From a virus (Duplodnaviria > Caudoviricetes), in IMG/VR virus record IMGVR_UViG_3300012667_000244, positions 1 to 64,000 of that record: DNA of 64,000 bases; one strand, 5' to 3'. The translations under genes were made by a program, and so were the position numbers. Shown in pieces: positions 1-9,334 of the stretch. The first letter of the stretch is position 1. Each line of letters begins with the position of its first letter. The notes under the pieces are model-generated. The model did not search any database and was not told the origin of the DNA. It was given only the letters and a program-made list of their open reading frames with translations.

Positions 1-412
1 TAAAATCTTTATCGTCTATTTTAAGCATTGTATTATAATTCCACAATTTAATGTAAGGAATTGGCACTCTAATCTGCGGAATAAAATTATCGTATTCGTT
101 CAATCCGCCTTCATTGAACTCTTCGACAGCACTCAATGGAATATCCAAACTGCACAAGAAATCCATCTTAAGATAATGCTCGATCATATTTTCCCAAGCA
201 CGCCATTCATCTGGAGTTTGTGGATTGAAACTATGATTTGCACCAAAGAAGATATGTTGTCCTGATTGGTGCAATCGAGCAGTAATATGCTCAGTTGGTT
301 GTATACCAGTTACAAACAGTGTAAACATTCCAAACGCAGGTGTGTGTTCTACTTCGTATCCTGTGAAGAAGATAACATCGTCTTTGACACCGCTTTTATA
401 ATCACGCTTCAT
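1..412 (-). CDS. Hypothetical protein, 3' end runs off the window (MKRDYKSGVKDDVIFFTGYEVEHTPAFG...)
   Basis: Not in the ORF track. Translated by hand; open from ATG at 412 to the window edge, and the start overlaps the end of the 81-aa ORF. Confidence 0.8.
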   Translation of the reverse strand, partial: MKRDYKSGVKDDVIFFTGYEVEHTPAFGMFTLFVTGIQPTEHITARLHQSGQHIFFGANHSFNPQTPDEWRAWENMIEHYLKMDFLCSLDIPLSAVEEFNEGGLNEYDNFIPQIRVPIPYIKLWNYNTMLKIDDKDF

Positions 413-647
413 TGTGTTTACTCTCTTTGTATTTTTCCATCATACGATGTACATCTTCCATTCGTTCAGCAAATACATGTGGACTGGCTTCTGCCGCTAA
501 TTTCATGTCCCATTCGTTGGGATAGTGTCGTAGCATAGCACGGGCTCCGTCTTTGATAGACTTCGGAACCCGCGGAGTAGAAAGGATCTCTTTCAAGAAC
601 CTTTCTGTTTGCACTACTGCTCTATACCGTTCGTCGGGCAATGTCAT
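402..647 (-). CDS. Hypothetical protein (81 aa)
   Basis: Overlaps both neighbours in operon fashion (ATGA/TAA-type junctions). Confidence 0.75.
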   Translation of the reverse strand: MTLPDERYRAVVQTERFLKEILSTPRVPKSIKDGARAMLRHYPNEWDMKLAAEASPHVFAERMEDVHRMMEKYKESKHNEA

Positions 648-2407
648 TTAACGCTGTTTTCCAAATCGTCTAAGTTATGAACTTCGTCTTCACTAAATTC
701 TTCGTCGTGTTCTAATTGTACAGGATTTTCATCCACTTCGTCAAAGAGATTGGCAAACATTGTAGCGGCATTAACCGTTTTCTTACCTGTAGCACCACGA
801 GTACCAATAATAGCTTGCCAAAACTTATCAAATGATTCGATAATCAATTCGGCATCTGCTCGATTATCAGCGGCAAAAATAGCGTCAACTACATCACGGA
901 AGTAAATGCGATTGAACTTTTCTTGCACTAACATAGCAGGAACTGACCCGTTATCATATTGGCGGTTAGCTTCTTGTACTGCGTTAATATGACTCCAAAC
1001 ATTATGACCCATTTGGATAGCATAGCTAAATGAATCCCAACTTGTGCGATTGCTCATCTTACCTAGCTTGTTTAAGTCTGGCATTACAAGCCAATCATTA
1101 GGATCAGTTGGATTAGGATCAGTAACACCCGGCTTAGGAGTGCCTGCTCCGTAGATACAAATGTCCTTCATTTCCACAGTTTCCATCAACGGACTAGATT
1201 CGAAGTTGGCAAAGATGCCGTCTTGAATTACTGCGTCTTTGAAGAGTCTTGTGTCTTGGGCGTACTTTTTGTCATCAGCAGATGGCACCATTCTGTAGAC
1301 CCATTTTGTCCGGTCGACTGTTTCGACTTGGATGTAGATTTGTCCGTTTGCAGTTGCCAAAAACGGTGAGGCGCAGTCAAAAGATATGGTAAAGTTTTCA
1401 TTATGGTATTTTCTCACTGCTCGTTGAACATCGGTTAATAAAGTTGCCCATTCTAATTTAGAAGTGCCCAGGAAGTGCATCCAGTCATGTTGACCCTTTT
1501 CAAGGAGTCCGTCAAACTTCAATGCTACTAATCTTTTTAGAACAAGGTGAATGTCACACATGTTCTGTCCACCCATTGCCCAGCCATTAAATGCTTTGTC
1601 TCCATAGATAGCAGGATCACAAAAATCCTTCATCTTTGAATACCAATCATCGGCCTGAGCGTGTGTTTCACCTTGTAAAACATTAAGGAATTTACAAGCG
1701 CCTGTACGATGCTTGATCCAATACTCGTTATTGTACTTTGTTGCTTCTACAGCTTGGTCGTATGATTCAATACCAGTAGCCTTGCGACCTACTGGACTGC
1801 GTTCAACCCACGCAGGAATATCAAGTACCATACCGTAGTCCATAAGTGTGTCCATCCAGGTTAATACCTGTGTACGCTTCTTATGTGCCGCATCTAGTTT
1901 AGCTTGATACTGCTTAACATGATCGATCTTAGTGTACTTTAGTTTGCCCTTCTTATCAACGGCGTGGTTACCAGTCGCGTCTATAACTGGTACAAGCTCT
2001 ATACCTTTGGCAATACATTCTGCCATTTTAGCCTGTACTTCTGGACCAGTTGGATCTCTCCATTCACCTTCCCATACACCTTTACCGATCTGGAATCCCC
2101 CAGAGTCACCTAGTACAAAACTTGTACTACGATCACGCTTGCGGAACATGTCTTCGCCTTCGTCAATCTTATTAAGATCTAAGTTTGCGTGACCAGCGGA
2201 ATACAAACACCACTTGTAATAGAACTCACCCATCTCTGGTTCGAGATAGTTAAGACTGTCCATGCCAGCACCCCACTTCTGTGGAATACGGGCTGGATCT
2301 ACATAGTTGCCGTAGTGTTGCTTACCGATAAAGGTAGCATAGAAACCACTAGTCGCAGGCAAGAAGACTGCATAGTCGTTCTGTGTTGCGGTTAAGTTCT
2401 TATTCAT
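644..2407 (-). CDS. tRNA-guanine transglycosylase (TGT)/DpdA-family base-exchange enzyme
   Basis: TGT motifs in the correct order: DSGGFQ, MVLD, VLQG, GWAMGG, HFLG, SFD, HN. No CxCxxC zinc motif is visible. Confidence 0.8.
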   Translation of the reverse strand: MNKNLTATQNDYAVFLPATSGFYATFIGKQHYGNYVDPARIPQKWGAGMDSLNYLEPEMGEFYYKWCLYSAGHANLDLNKIDEGEDMFRKRDRSTSFVLGDSGGFQIGKGVWEGEWRDPTGPEVQAKMAECIAKGIELVPVIDATGNHAVDKKGKLKYTKIDHVKQYQAKLDAAHKKRTQVLTWMDTLMDYGMVLDIPAWVERSPVGRKATGIESYDQAVEATKYNNEYWIKHRTGACKFLNVLQGETHAQADDWYSKMKDFCDPAIYGDKAFNGWAMGGQNMCDIHLVLKRLVALKFDGLLEKGQHDWMHFLGTSKLEWATLLTDVQRAVRKYHNENFTISFDCASPFLATANGQIYIQVETVDRTKWVYRMVPSADDKKYAQDTRLFKDAVIQDGIFANFESSPLMETVEMKDICIYGAGTPKPGVTDPNPTDPNDWLVMPDLNKLGKMSNRTSWDSFSYAIQMGHNVWSHINAVQEANRQYDNGSVPAMLVQEKFNRIYFRDVVDAIFAADNRADAELIIESFDKFWQAIIGTRGATGKKTVNAATMFANLFDEVDENPVQLEHDEEFSEDEVHNLDDLENSVK

Positions 2408-2758
2408 TTAAATCCAGTGCTTTGCTAATACCATCAAGCTCAACCAAGCCCACATGGTGTTAAACCCTACAAGTGTCGGGAGTGCCTTTACTCGGCTGGC
2501 CCAAATAAGTGTAACGCTTGTTAAGAGTGTTAGATAATACAATTCCCAGATTTGGATACCAAAAATCAATCCCGGGATGATAATAATGGCTTTTGCTACC
2601 CAACTAACAAACTCTACAGTATTATACCCTGTCCAGTATTCTTTAGTAAACCACATGCCGTAGCACTCACGCATATTGCGCCAACCGCTATGTGTGTAGC
2701 AAATTACCATCAGTACTAGCCACACACCTACTGCTAATAAAATTTGTTCTAATGTCAT
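2408..2758 (-). CDS. Small multi-pass membrane protein
   Basis: 116 aa with several hydrophobic stretches; abuts the TGT gene. Confidence 0.75.
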   Translation of the reverse strand: MTLEQILLAVGVWLVLMVICYTHSGWRNMRECYGMWFTKEYWTGYNTVEFVSWVAKAIIIIPGLIFGIQIWELYYLTLLTSVTLIWASRVKALPTLVGFNTMWAWLSLMVLAKHWI

Positions 2759-2934
2759 TCGATTTTACCCCATTTAATTTTTAGCCATAGTCGTTCCATT
2801 GCATAGTGCAAAGTTGCAAGAACTATATGGATTGCGACTGCATCGCTGAGACCAGTCCAGAGCGCAGTAATAAGCAAAGCCGTAACCCTATAAGTTACGG
2901 TTCTTGCTATTGTGCGAATGTGTTTTTCACTCAT
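2755..2934 (-). CDS. DUF2061-like small membrane protein (59 aa, MSEKHIRTIARTVTYRV...HYAMERLWLKIKWG)
   Basis: Missing from the track. Fills the gap exactly with TAATG and ATGA overlaps; the RTxxxTxTYR...ERxWxxIxWG pattern matches the family. Confidence 0.7.
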   Translation of the reverse strand: MSEKHIRTIARTVTYRVTALLITALWTGLSDAVAIHIVLATLHYAMERLWLKIKWGKIE

Positions 2935-3665
2935 TACTTGCTTTGTGCTGGAAGAATGTAGTTGTATTCTGCAAGACCTGAATCGACTGTAATTTGCATA
3001 GCACCTGCGTCTGCAATCTTCATAGTAACATCACCGCTCAAGTTCATGATTGATTGAACTTGTGATACAGGCCATGACCATGTACCTTTCAACTTACCAG
3101 CAATGCCGCTTTGGAAGATAAAGCTACCTGCGTGTGTGCTTGCATCACCGAAGCTGAACACTAGATTGTCATCTTTTGTGCTAACTTGGAATACAGTTTC
3201 TTCACTGTGAGCAGCCGCTTGGAACTTCAAACGCTGAATACTAGCCATGCTTGGTTGGAATTCAATATCCCACTTAGCGCCTTTGAACTTAACTGACTTC
3301 AACTTTTCGTTGATAATCTCAGTGTTCATGAAACGGTAATCGTTCTGGAAGTCGCCTGCGGCATTCTTAAAGTGCAACCCTGTTGGGATTGTTTCGTTAT
3401 TGCGTACTGCGGTGACGATGTTAATTTGAGCACCTTCTTTGTACTCTGGACACTTCAAGTGAAGGTCTAGCTTGTTTAAGTTTGGCATACCAAACACACC
3501 TTCAATGCCGTCGACTGGTGTGTGGGTTTTAGCAGTAACAATCACCGAACGGTCTTCTGCCATTGCTTCAATTTGAGTTTCTTTACTATCGCTAGTAATT
3601 TTAACCAATGGTAAAAAGCCCAGCGAATGTGTGTGTGCTACTAAGTCTTGTAAAATATCTTTCAT
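2934..3665 (-). CDS. DNA sliding clamp (PCNA/gp45-like)
   Basis: 243 aa, two-domain clamp size, C-terminal YNYILP like the PCNA YYLAP end; close to polB. Confidence 0.65.
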   Translation of the reverse strand: MKDILQDLVAHTHSLGFLPLVKITSDSKETQIEAMAEDRSVIVTAKTHTPVDGIEGVFGMPNLNKLDLHLKCPEYKEGAQINIVTAVRNNETIPTGLHFKNAAGDFQNDYRFMNTEIINEKLKSVKFKGAKWDIEFQPSMASIQRLKFQAAAHSEETVFQVSTKDDNLVFSFGDASTHAGSFIFQSGIAGKLKGTWSWPVSQVQSIMNLSGDVTMKIADAGAMQITVDSGLAEYNYILPAQSK

Positions 3666-3684
3666 GGAAATCTCCTATATGTCT

Positions 3685-3713
3685 ATTATATTTAGGTTTT
3701 GTCTTAAAGTCAA
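3685..3713 (-). promoter_or_regulatory. sigma70-type promoter TTGACT-17-TATAAT with overlapping TAAATA
   Basis: Read directly; upstream of the clamp gene and its AGGAG SD. Confidence 0.75.
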
Positions 3714-4483
3714 GAGTTTTTTCTTACTTTATTGTTATATTGTATGGCTGATTCCACCAATGTAACAGGTGCTTCTATAGTTGTAGTCCATTGCATAAAG
3801 GATGCAGTATCCTTGGGAAAGCAATGTCCACCCCAACCGCGCTCGCCATCTGGGCCCGGAACCATTGTATGGTCTGAACCAATGCGTAGATCCTGCGCTA
3901 GTAGCTGTCTTACGATATCAAAGTCTAATCCAGCTTGTTGACATACATCGTATATTTGGTTGAAGTACGATGTTTTAAGTGCTAGGAAACTGTTTGATGC
4001 ATATTTGACCATACATGCTTCTTTGGCACTACAGTTAAACACCATTTTACAGTTAGGTAGAGATCCTTGGAATAAGTCTTGCCAAAAACATTCTGGATCC
4101 TCCCCGCCTAAAATGATGTACTTCTGATTAATGAAGTCTGTATTTGCACTTCTAGCCCTTAAGAACTCTGGATTATAGACAATGCTATGATCAGAATATA
4201 TGTCATCAAAGCCTTCTGCAATAGCAGGAGTTACTGTGCTCTTGATCAACACTGGCATAAAGATTGGAACAGTATCTAATATGCTAGCAACAATACTAGC
4301 ATCGCAAATACCGTCTTCATTAGTTGGTGTAGGTACGCAGATAATCAAACCATCTGCGTCATGATGATGTTTAATTTCATCATTGCCGTACTTAGGATCA
4401 ACGATAACCAATTCGTGGTGTTTCTTTAATCCTTCGTACACTGCTTTACCTACATATCCGTAGCCTGCAATTATTATCTTCAT
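3710..4483 (-). CDS. UDP-glucose/GDP-mannose dehydrogenase family protein lacking the C-terminal domain
   Basis: GxGxVG, CVPTP, KSTV, NPEFLR, KYxxN and GGHCFPKD motifs. Start moved to MKIIIAG at 4483. Confidence 0.85.
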   Translation of the reverse strand: MKIIIAGYGYVGKAVYEGLKKHHELVIVDPKYGNDEIKHHHDADGLIICVPTPTNEDGICDASIVASILDTVPIFMPVLIKSTVTPAIAEGFDDIYSDHSIVYNPEFLRARSANTDFINQKYIILGGEDPECFWQDLFQGSLPNCKMVFNCSAKEACMVKYASNSFLALKTSYFNQIYDVCQQAGLDFDIVRQLLAQDLRIGSDHTMVPGPDGERGWGGHCFPKDTASFMQWTTTIEAPVTLVESAIQYNNKVRKNS

Positions 4484-4484
4484 A

Positions 4485-7154
4485 TTAGAACTCGAATAAA
4501 CTGTTGAAAGTGTTCTTCTCTTCTGTGCTACGGACATCCCATTTCAATACACCGATCAAGTTATCGATCTTGTTATCAATAATAGTCTGTTCCATTTCAG
4601 CATGATCAAAAGGTAAGTCTTTGAACCACTGCGGTAAACGCATTTCGTCAACTGGGTAAGCAACTGATGTAAAGCCTAAAGGGTTCTGCTTGAGCTTACA
4701 CACGATTACTTTCGCACCGTCAGTAATACCCATTGAATACTTGTCGTTAAACATGCGCTTCAAAGTGTTCCAGTTAATGCTTGCTCTAACATGCCCTGGC
4801 ATATTAGCTTTGCCTGCCTTAACTTCTTTGGCTTGGTATTCAGTAATCTTGTTTGCTCGTTTAGGAGACCCTTTTTCCCAGCCTGGTCTGCTCTTAAATC
4901 GTCCACGGAATTCACTGATGTGATCTAGTACATCTTGTTCTTCGGCACCAGTTAGTACCTTTTCCAAAATGTCACTTAAGAAGTTCTGGATAAATTCAGG
5001 TGTGTCACTGCGCTTCAAGTCCAAGCCCATGGCTTTGATCTTACCTGGCTTGCCATCGACGTCACTACGCTTGCCTTCTTTGTCATAATACAATACAGCA
5101 TAACGCTTCTTAGTAATGAACAAGCCTTTGATAGCAACAATTTCACGACCTGCTTTGATAACTTCACCACGGCTCTTGGGCACATGGAATGTATCTAGCA
5201 TGAATTGCGGGAATGTACTGTTAACTTCTTCACCAATCTGGTCATACAACTGTACAACTGACTCTTTAGTCCACGGTAATGCGCCACTATCAATATCGCT
5301 CTTGAGCGTTTTATATGCACTGAAGTAACACGAGTCAGTATCACCATAGATAATACTCTTACCACGATAGTCGTAATCACCAGTTACAATCTCATTAACC
5401 TTGCCGGCCATATGCTTAACAATCTGACGACCTGTTAGTGTAGTACTTTGACCGATACGCTTGTCAAAGAAGCGACAACCTTGGTTCAAAATAGCACCGT
5501 ACAAACTGTTCAAGTTAATCTTCTTAACTAGTTGTCGCTTGTCCCAGTATTCCTCTTCAATCTTGTTACCTGCTTTGATTGCTTCTTTTAGTTTGGCCTG
5601 CATTTCTTTACGCTCTGCATACCAACGCTTGAGCAAGCCGGGAATAATACCTTCCTTCTCGTAAGTAAAGATAGTACCGTTAGCACTTAGTACCCAAGGC
5701 TGATTACTTTCAAAGATTAAACGATACACTTCTGCGGCGCTAACCACATCAGTCTCACCATTCTCCCAGTCGATAGTAATATCAGTACCAATCTCTTGCT
5801 CCATTACAGCAGTATACTCTAACGATCCAAAGATACCTTCCCAAGCTGCCGCAAAGCTCTTGCCCTTGGCTACTTGACCCTCGATATACGCATCAGTCAT
5901 AGTCTGGCGTAACTGTCCGATAATAGTTTCTGGACCCATATTAAGCGCACGAATCGCAGACGGGTATAGCGAGTTAATATCTAGTGAGCCAATCCAGTCA
6001 TGAATACCTTCTTTAGGATAGGCAACATACGCACCTGCGGCACCTGCGTTGTCTTCACGCTCGTCCATCTTAGTTCTGTTAGGAACTTGGAAACCTCTAC
6101 GATGTGCTTCGTTGATAATAGCTTGTTCAGTAACAGCAACAGCGCCCATTGTAGTTTGTAGCAAAACAGTACATTCGTGTGCCAGAGTGTTAGCTAAGTC
6201 AAGAAACTTCAATTTCTTGTCTAAACGGTCCAAAAGCGAAGTATCTTGCCTGTTGTACTCGATAAATGTCTTAAAATCGTTGTTGTAGAGCTGATCTAGC
6301 GTACCTTCGTACTGTGTTTTGCGTTCACCTAGCTCATATTCTGCAATGGCATCTAAACGGTAAGAATGACGTTCTTCGTAAGTATACTTGCGATATAGCT
6401 CTAAACTGTCCAAGTGTACACGACCTACAAAGTCATATGTAACTGACTGTCTACCGAACTTTTCATATTCACGCTTCTTAGGATATTGATTAAACAAACA
6501 GAATCTGCGTGTATCATCTTTACTGAGAACCTTAGTAACACGGTTAACAGTATACGGAATATCGAAACCCTCACTGTTCCAACCAGTTAAAATGTCAGCT
6601 TCTTGAATCAAGTCTAAGAACGCATCTAACATTTCACCTTCTGTTTTAAACAGCATTGTGTTCGGAAACTCTTTAACCTCTTCTAATGCCTGTTCCCAAG
6701 TTAGTGACTTTGGGGGTACAGCAAAACAAACAAGTGTCTCTAACCATTGTAGGTGAACAGCAATCGCAGTAATAGGCATGAACGCATCGTCTGGCGTTGA
6801 ATACCCTCTTTCTGGATCAAAGTCCACCTCAATGTCGAAGAACGCTACATTTAGTTTTGGAGCATCTTGATTAAGATAGTGTTCGCTTAGACATTGGAAT
6901 ATAGGATTAATGTCTGCTTCAAATAACTGCTTACCCGAGTTAATTGCCTGTTCTTTTCGTAATTCTTTTGTGTTCTTGCACACAATACGGCTAACAGGAT
7001 CACCGTAAATTGATTGAAATTTGCCGCGTGGGTCTTTATAGTAGAATGTGTGTTTAACAGGAAAATCCCTGTACTCACGCTCTCCTTTCTTATTGCGTTC
7101 AACCACTTTAATGATATCATTCTCGCGGTCAAACCATGCATCTACATAGCTCAT
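4485..7154 (-). CDS. Family B DNA polymerase with 3'-5' exonuclease
   Basis: DIEV, GWNSxxFD, DINSLYPS, KINLNSLYG, YGDTDS, KKRY. Start at 7154 follows an AAGGAG SD. Confidence 0.97.
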   Translation of the reverse strand: MSYVDAWFDRENDIIKVVERNKKGEREYRDFPVKHTFYYKDPRGKFQSIYGDPVSRIVCKNTKELRKEQAINSGKQLFEADINPIFQCLSEHYLNQDAPKLNVAFFDIEVDFDPERGYSTPDDAFMPITAIAVHLQWLETLVCFAVPPKSLTWEQALEEVKEFPNTMLFKTEGEMLDAFLDLIQEADILTGWNSEGFDIPYTVNRVTKVLSKDDTRRFCLFNQYPKKREYEKFGRQSVTYDFVGRVHLDSLELYRKYTYEERHSYRLDAIAEYELGERKTQYEGTLDQLYNNDFKTFIEYNRQDTSLLDRLDKKLKFLDLANTLAHECTVLLQTTMGAVAVTEQAIINEAHRRGFQVPNRTKMDEREDNAGAAGAYVAYPKEGIHDWIGSLDINSLYPSAIRALNMGPETIIGQLRQTMTDAYIEGQVAKGKSFAAAWEGIFGSLEYTAVMEQEIGTDITIDWENGETDVVSAAEVYRLIFESNQPWVLSANGTIFTYEKEGIIPGLLKRWYAERKEMQAKLKEAIKAGNKIEEEYWDKRQLVKKINLNSLYGAILNQGCRFFDKRIGQSTTLTGRQIVKHMAGKVNEIVTGDYDYRGKSIIYGDTDSCYFSAYKTLKSDIDSGALPWTKESVVQLYDQIGEEVNSTFPQFMLDTFHVPKSRGEVIKAGREIVAIKGLFITKKRYAVLYYDKEGKRSDVDGKPGKIKAMGLDLKRSDTPEFIQNFLSDILEKVLTGAEEQDVLDHISEFRGRFKSRPGWEKGSPKRANKITEYQAKEVKAGKANMPGHVRASINWNTLKRMFNDKYSMGITDGAKVIVCKLKQNPLGFTSVAYPVDEMRLPQWFKDLPFDHAEMEQTIIDNKIDNLIGVLKWDVRSTEEKNTFNSLFEF

Positions 7155-7165
7155 AGTTCTCCTTA

Positions 7166-7217
7166 TGTCATTTTCGGCTGACAAACACCTAGTGTGCGGA
7201 TTATGGCCCGCCGACCT
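7166..7217 (-). promoter_or_regulatory. Tandem stem-loops in the polB leader (candidate translational operator)
   Basis: GCGG[GCCATAAT]CCGC and TGTCA[GCCGAAAA]TGACA, each preceded by AGGT; the second abuts the SD. Confidence 0.55.
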
Positions 7218-7234
7218 TTCTTAGCGAATATTTA

Positions 7235-7492
7235 TTAGATACGCTTAGTGATATCTAAAATTGCTTCAACTTCGGCCCAATCTTCGTTGTGCTCTGTCCA
7301 GTTACCTTTGTGTGCAATTTTAATAGCACGGTTAATAACTGATGGTTTGACTTGAAGTTCTTCAGCAACTGCTTTAACAGTTTCTTTCAAACCTTCGGAC
7401 AAGTCTTCGATTTCACGAAGTACTGTACTGCCCTCTGAAATCAATCTTTCTAGTTTTGCCTTTTCTTCTGCGCCATATGAACGACCTGACAT
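7235..7492 (-). CDS. T4 DsbA/GapR-like dsDNA-binding protein
   Basis: 85-aa helical protein with the LKETVKAVAEELQVKPSVINRAIK pattern. Confidence 0.6.
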   Translation of the reverse strand: MSGRSYGAEEKAKLERLISEGSTVLREIEDLSEGLKETVKAVAEELQVKPSVINRAIKIAHKGNWTEHNEDWAEVEAILDITKRI

Positions 7493-7514
7493 AGTATTTC
7501 TCCTTTAATAGCCT

Positions 7515-7543
7515 ATTATATATTAATTATCTGTGTAATGCAA
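7515..7543 (-). promoter_or_regulatory. sigma70-type promoter TTGCAT-17-TATAAT
   Basis: Read directly; intergenic. Confidence 0.65.
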
Positions 7544-7567
7544 CCACTAAGAAATTTTAGAGGTGGA

Positions 7568-7590
7568 AATGGCGGAATAAATCCGCCATT
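7568..7590 (-). terminator. Hairpin, probable intrinsic terminator
   Basis: AATGGCGGA-5nt-TCCGCCATT just after the 571-aa gene; the U-tract is short. Confidence 0.55.
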
Positions 7591-7601
7591 GTAGTAAATG
7601 A

Positions 7602-9317
7602 TTACTTGTTAACTTGTGCCATATTTGGAGCAACTGCACCTGCTTGAGCACCTGTTGGGCTTGCTGGAGGTGTAGAACCGTCACCTAATTTAGCTTTAAT
7701 ATCAGCTAGACCCTTTTGAATTTCTGGGTTCTGTGATTTTCCTAGTTCACCAACTAGCGCATCAATCTTAGCCTTCAATTCTGCTAGCTCTTTGTCACCG
7801 GCTGCATCTACTTCTGGAGTTGCTGGAACTTCTGGAGCTGCTGGCTTTGCTGGCCCTTTAACCGGAGTAGTTGATGCACCTGCCCCACCGCTTCCACCTA
7901 ACGCTAATCCTAGCCCAGCACCTGCGGCTGCACCGCCTAATGCGGTCTTAACTGGAGATGCTTTGATTGCTTGTCCTACTTTATTTGGAGTAGATGCACC
8001 TTTTTTCATAAATGTGCCAGTTGCTGTACGAGCACCTTGACCAGATAAGCCTCTACCAAAATTCTTAGCACCTGCAACTATGTTACTTAACACACCCTCA
8101 TCAGTAACTTGTTCTTGTTGATTTTCGATCATTGCTAAACGATCACGCAGGCTTGCAATACCTTCTGCTACTGATTGTTGTTTATTCATTTCTTCACCTT
8201 CTTTGATATTTGGAAATTGTTTCATAGCCGCTTGAGTCATTGGACCCATCTTGCCGTCAGCTGTGATCTTTGCACCAGCCGCAATTAGTTTCTTTTGCAA
8301 TGCTACTACTTTTGGATCAGCACCTACTGGAGTAGTGCTTGCACCAGCACCGCTAAATTCGCCAGCTTTATAATCTCTAGCGATGTTGGCTGCATCTAAC
8401 CCTAATGCTGCCGCAGTTCCGATACCTGGTACTAGACTAGCTAGGCCTGCGGCACCTGCCATGCCAGCACCAACATAGTCACCTTTCTTAGCACGATCGT
8501 AAGCATCAGCCGCGCCAAATGCTAGTCCAACACCTGGAATAGCTTTGCCTAGCATCTTACCAACGCCTTTGGCTGCACCATAACCAGCAGCACCTGCGGC
8601 CACTTGTTGCCCAGCAGTAGCGCCAGCCGCTTCGTTAGTATAGCCAAAGCTTTCTAATAACGCATTTGCGATTGCACCTTCTTCAATGTTTGCTGTTTTT
8701 AAATCGTTTGTAGTAGCTAATTGTGCCGCAGTACGCTTCTCAGCTGGATTTGCTTTCTTTTGATCCGCGGCTGTTTTTAATTTAGTATATTGATCAACTA
8801 ATGCTAGAAGTGTCTTCAACTTTTCCATCAAGGCAGCAGTATCAGTAGCAGTCTGTTTATCGGCTGCATCCTTTGCAGTTTTCCATGTAGTACCTTCTGG
8901 GTAGTCAATAAACTTGCCGTCTTTAATTTCACCGTCAACTGATGCTGGATTCCAGCCTGAACGGTTTTCAGTGTTACCTTGCCATTGTTGAATAGCACCG
9001 TTTGTTTCCCAGTAAAATTTTCCATCACTGTTTAGCATTAGCGGAATGTTTCCGCCTAAGTTATTCTTATGAAAGTGAGTTGGCGTAAATGTAGTCGGAG
9101 CGCCTGCTGGCGCCGCCGCTGGAGTATTCATGCCTGGTTGTAAAACATTTTGTGCTTGTTGTTGTGGAGTAAGCTGTGGTTGTTTAGATGCTTGATTGGC
9201 AGCAATCGCATCTGCTAGACCTGGAAGTTGTTTTCCATCTTTATCAAATTGAACTCTTTCTGATATTGCGCTTTGCTCAATGGCATCCATTTTTGCAATT
9301 AGTGACTTTAAATCCAT
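7602..9317 (-). CDS. Putative virion internal/ejection protein with peptidoglycan-binding domain and glycine-zipper segments
   Basis: VVALQKKL...ADGKMGPMTQAAM (PG_binding_1-like); Ala/Gly-rich helices. Confidence 0.6.
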   Translation of the reverse strand: MDLKSLIAKMDAIEQSAISERVQFDKDGKQLPGLADAIAANQASKQPQLTPQQQAQNVLQPGMNTPAAAPAGAPTTFTPTHFHKNNLGGNIPLMLNSDGKFYWETNGAIQQWQGNTENRSGWNPASVDGEIKDGKFIDYPEGTTWKTAKDAADKQTATDTAALMEKLKTLLALVDQYTKLKTAADQKKANPAEKRTAAQLATTNDLKTANIEEGAIANALLESFGYTNEAAGATAGQQVAAGAAGYGAAKGVGKMLGKAIPGVGLAFGAADAYDRAKKGDYVGAGMAGAAGLASLVPGIGTAAALGLDAANIARDYKAGEFSGAGASTTPVGADPKVVALQKKLIAAGAKITADGKMGPMTQAAMKQFPNIKEGEEMNKQQSVAEGIASLRDRLAMIENQQEQVTDEGVLSNIVAGAKNFGRGLSGQGARTATGTFMKKGASTPNKVGQAIKASPVKTALGGAAAGAGLGLALGGSGGAGASTTPVKGPAKPAAPEVPATPEVDAAGDKELAELKAKIDALVGELGKSQNPEIQKGLADIKAKLGDGSTPPASPTGAQAGAVAPNMAQVNK

Positions 9318-9334
9318 TGTATTCCCCGAATGAT

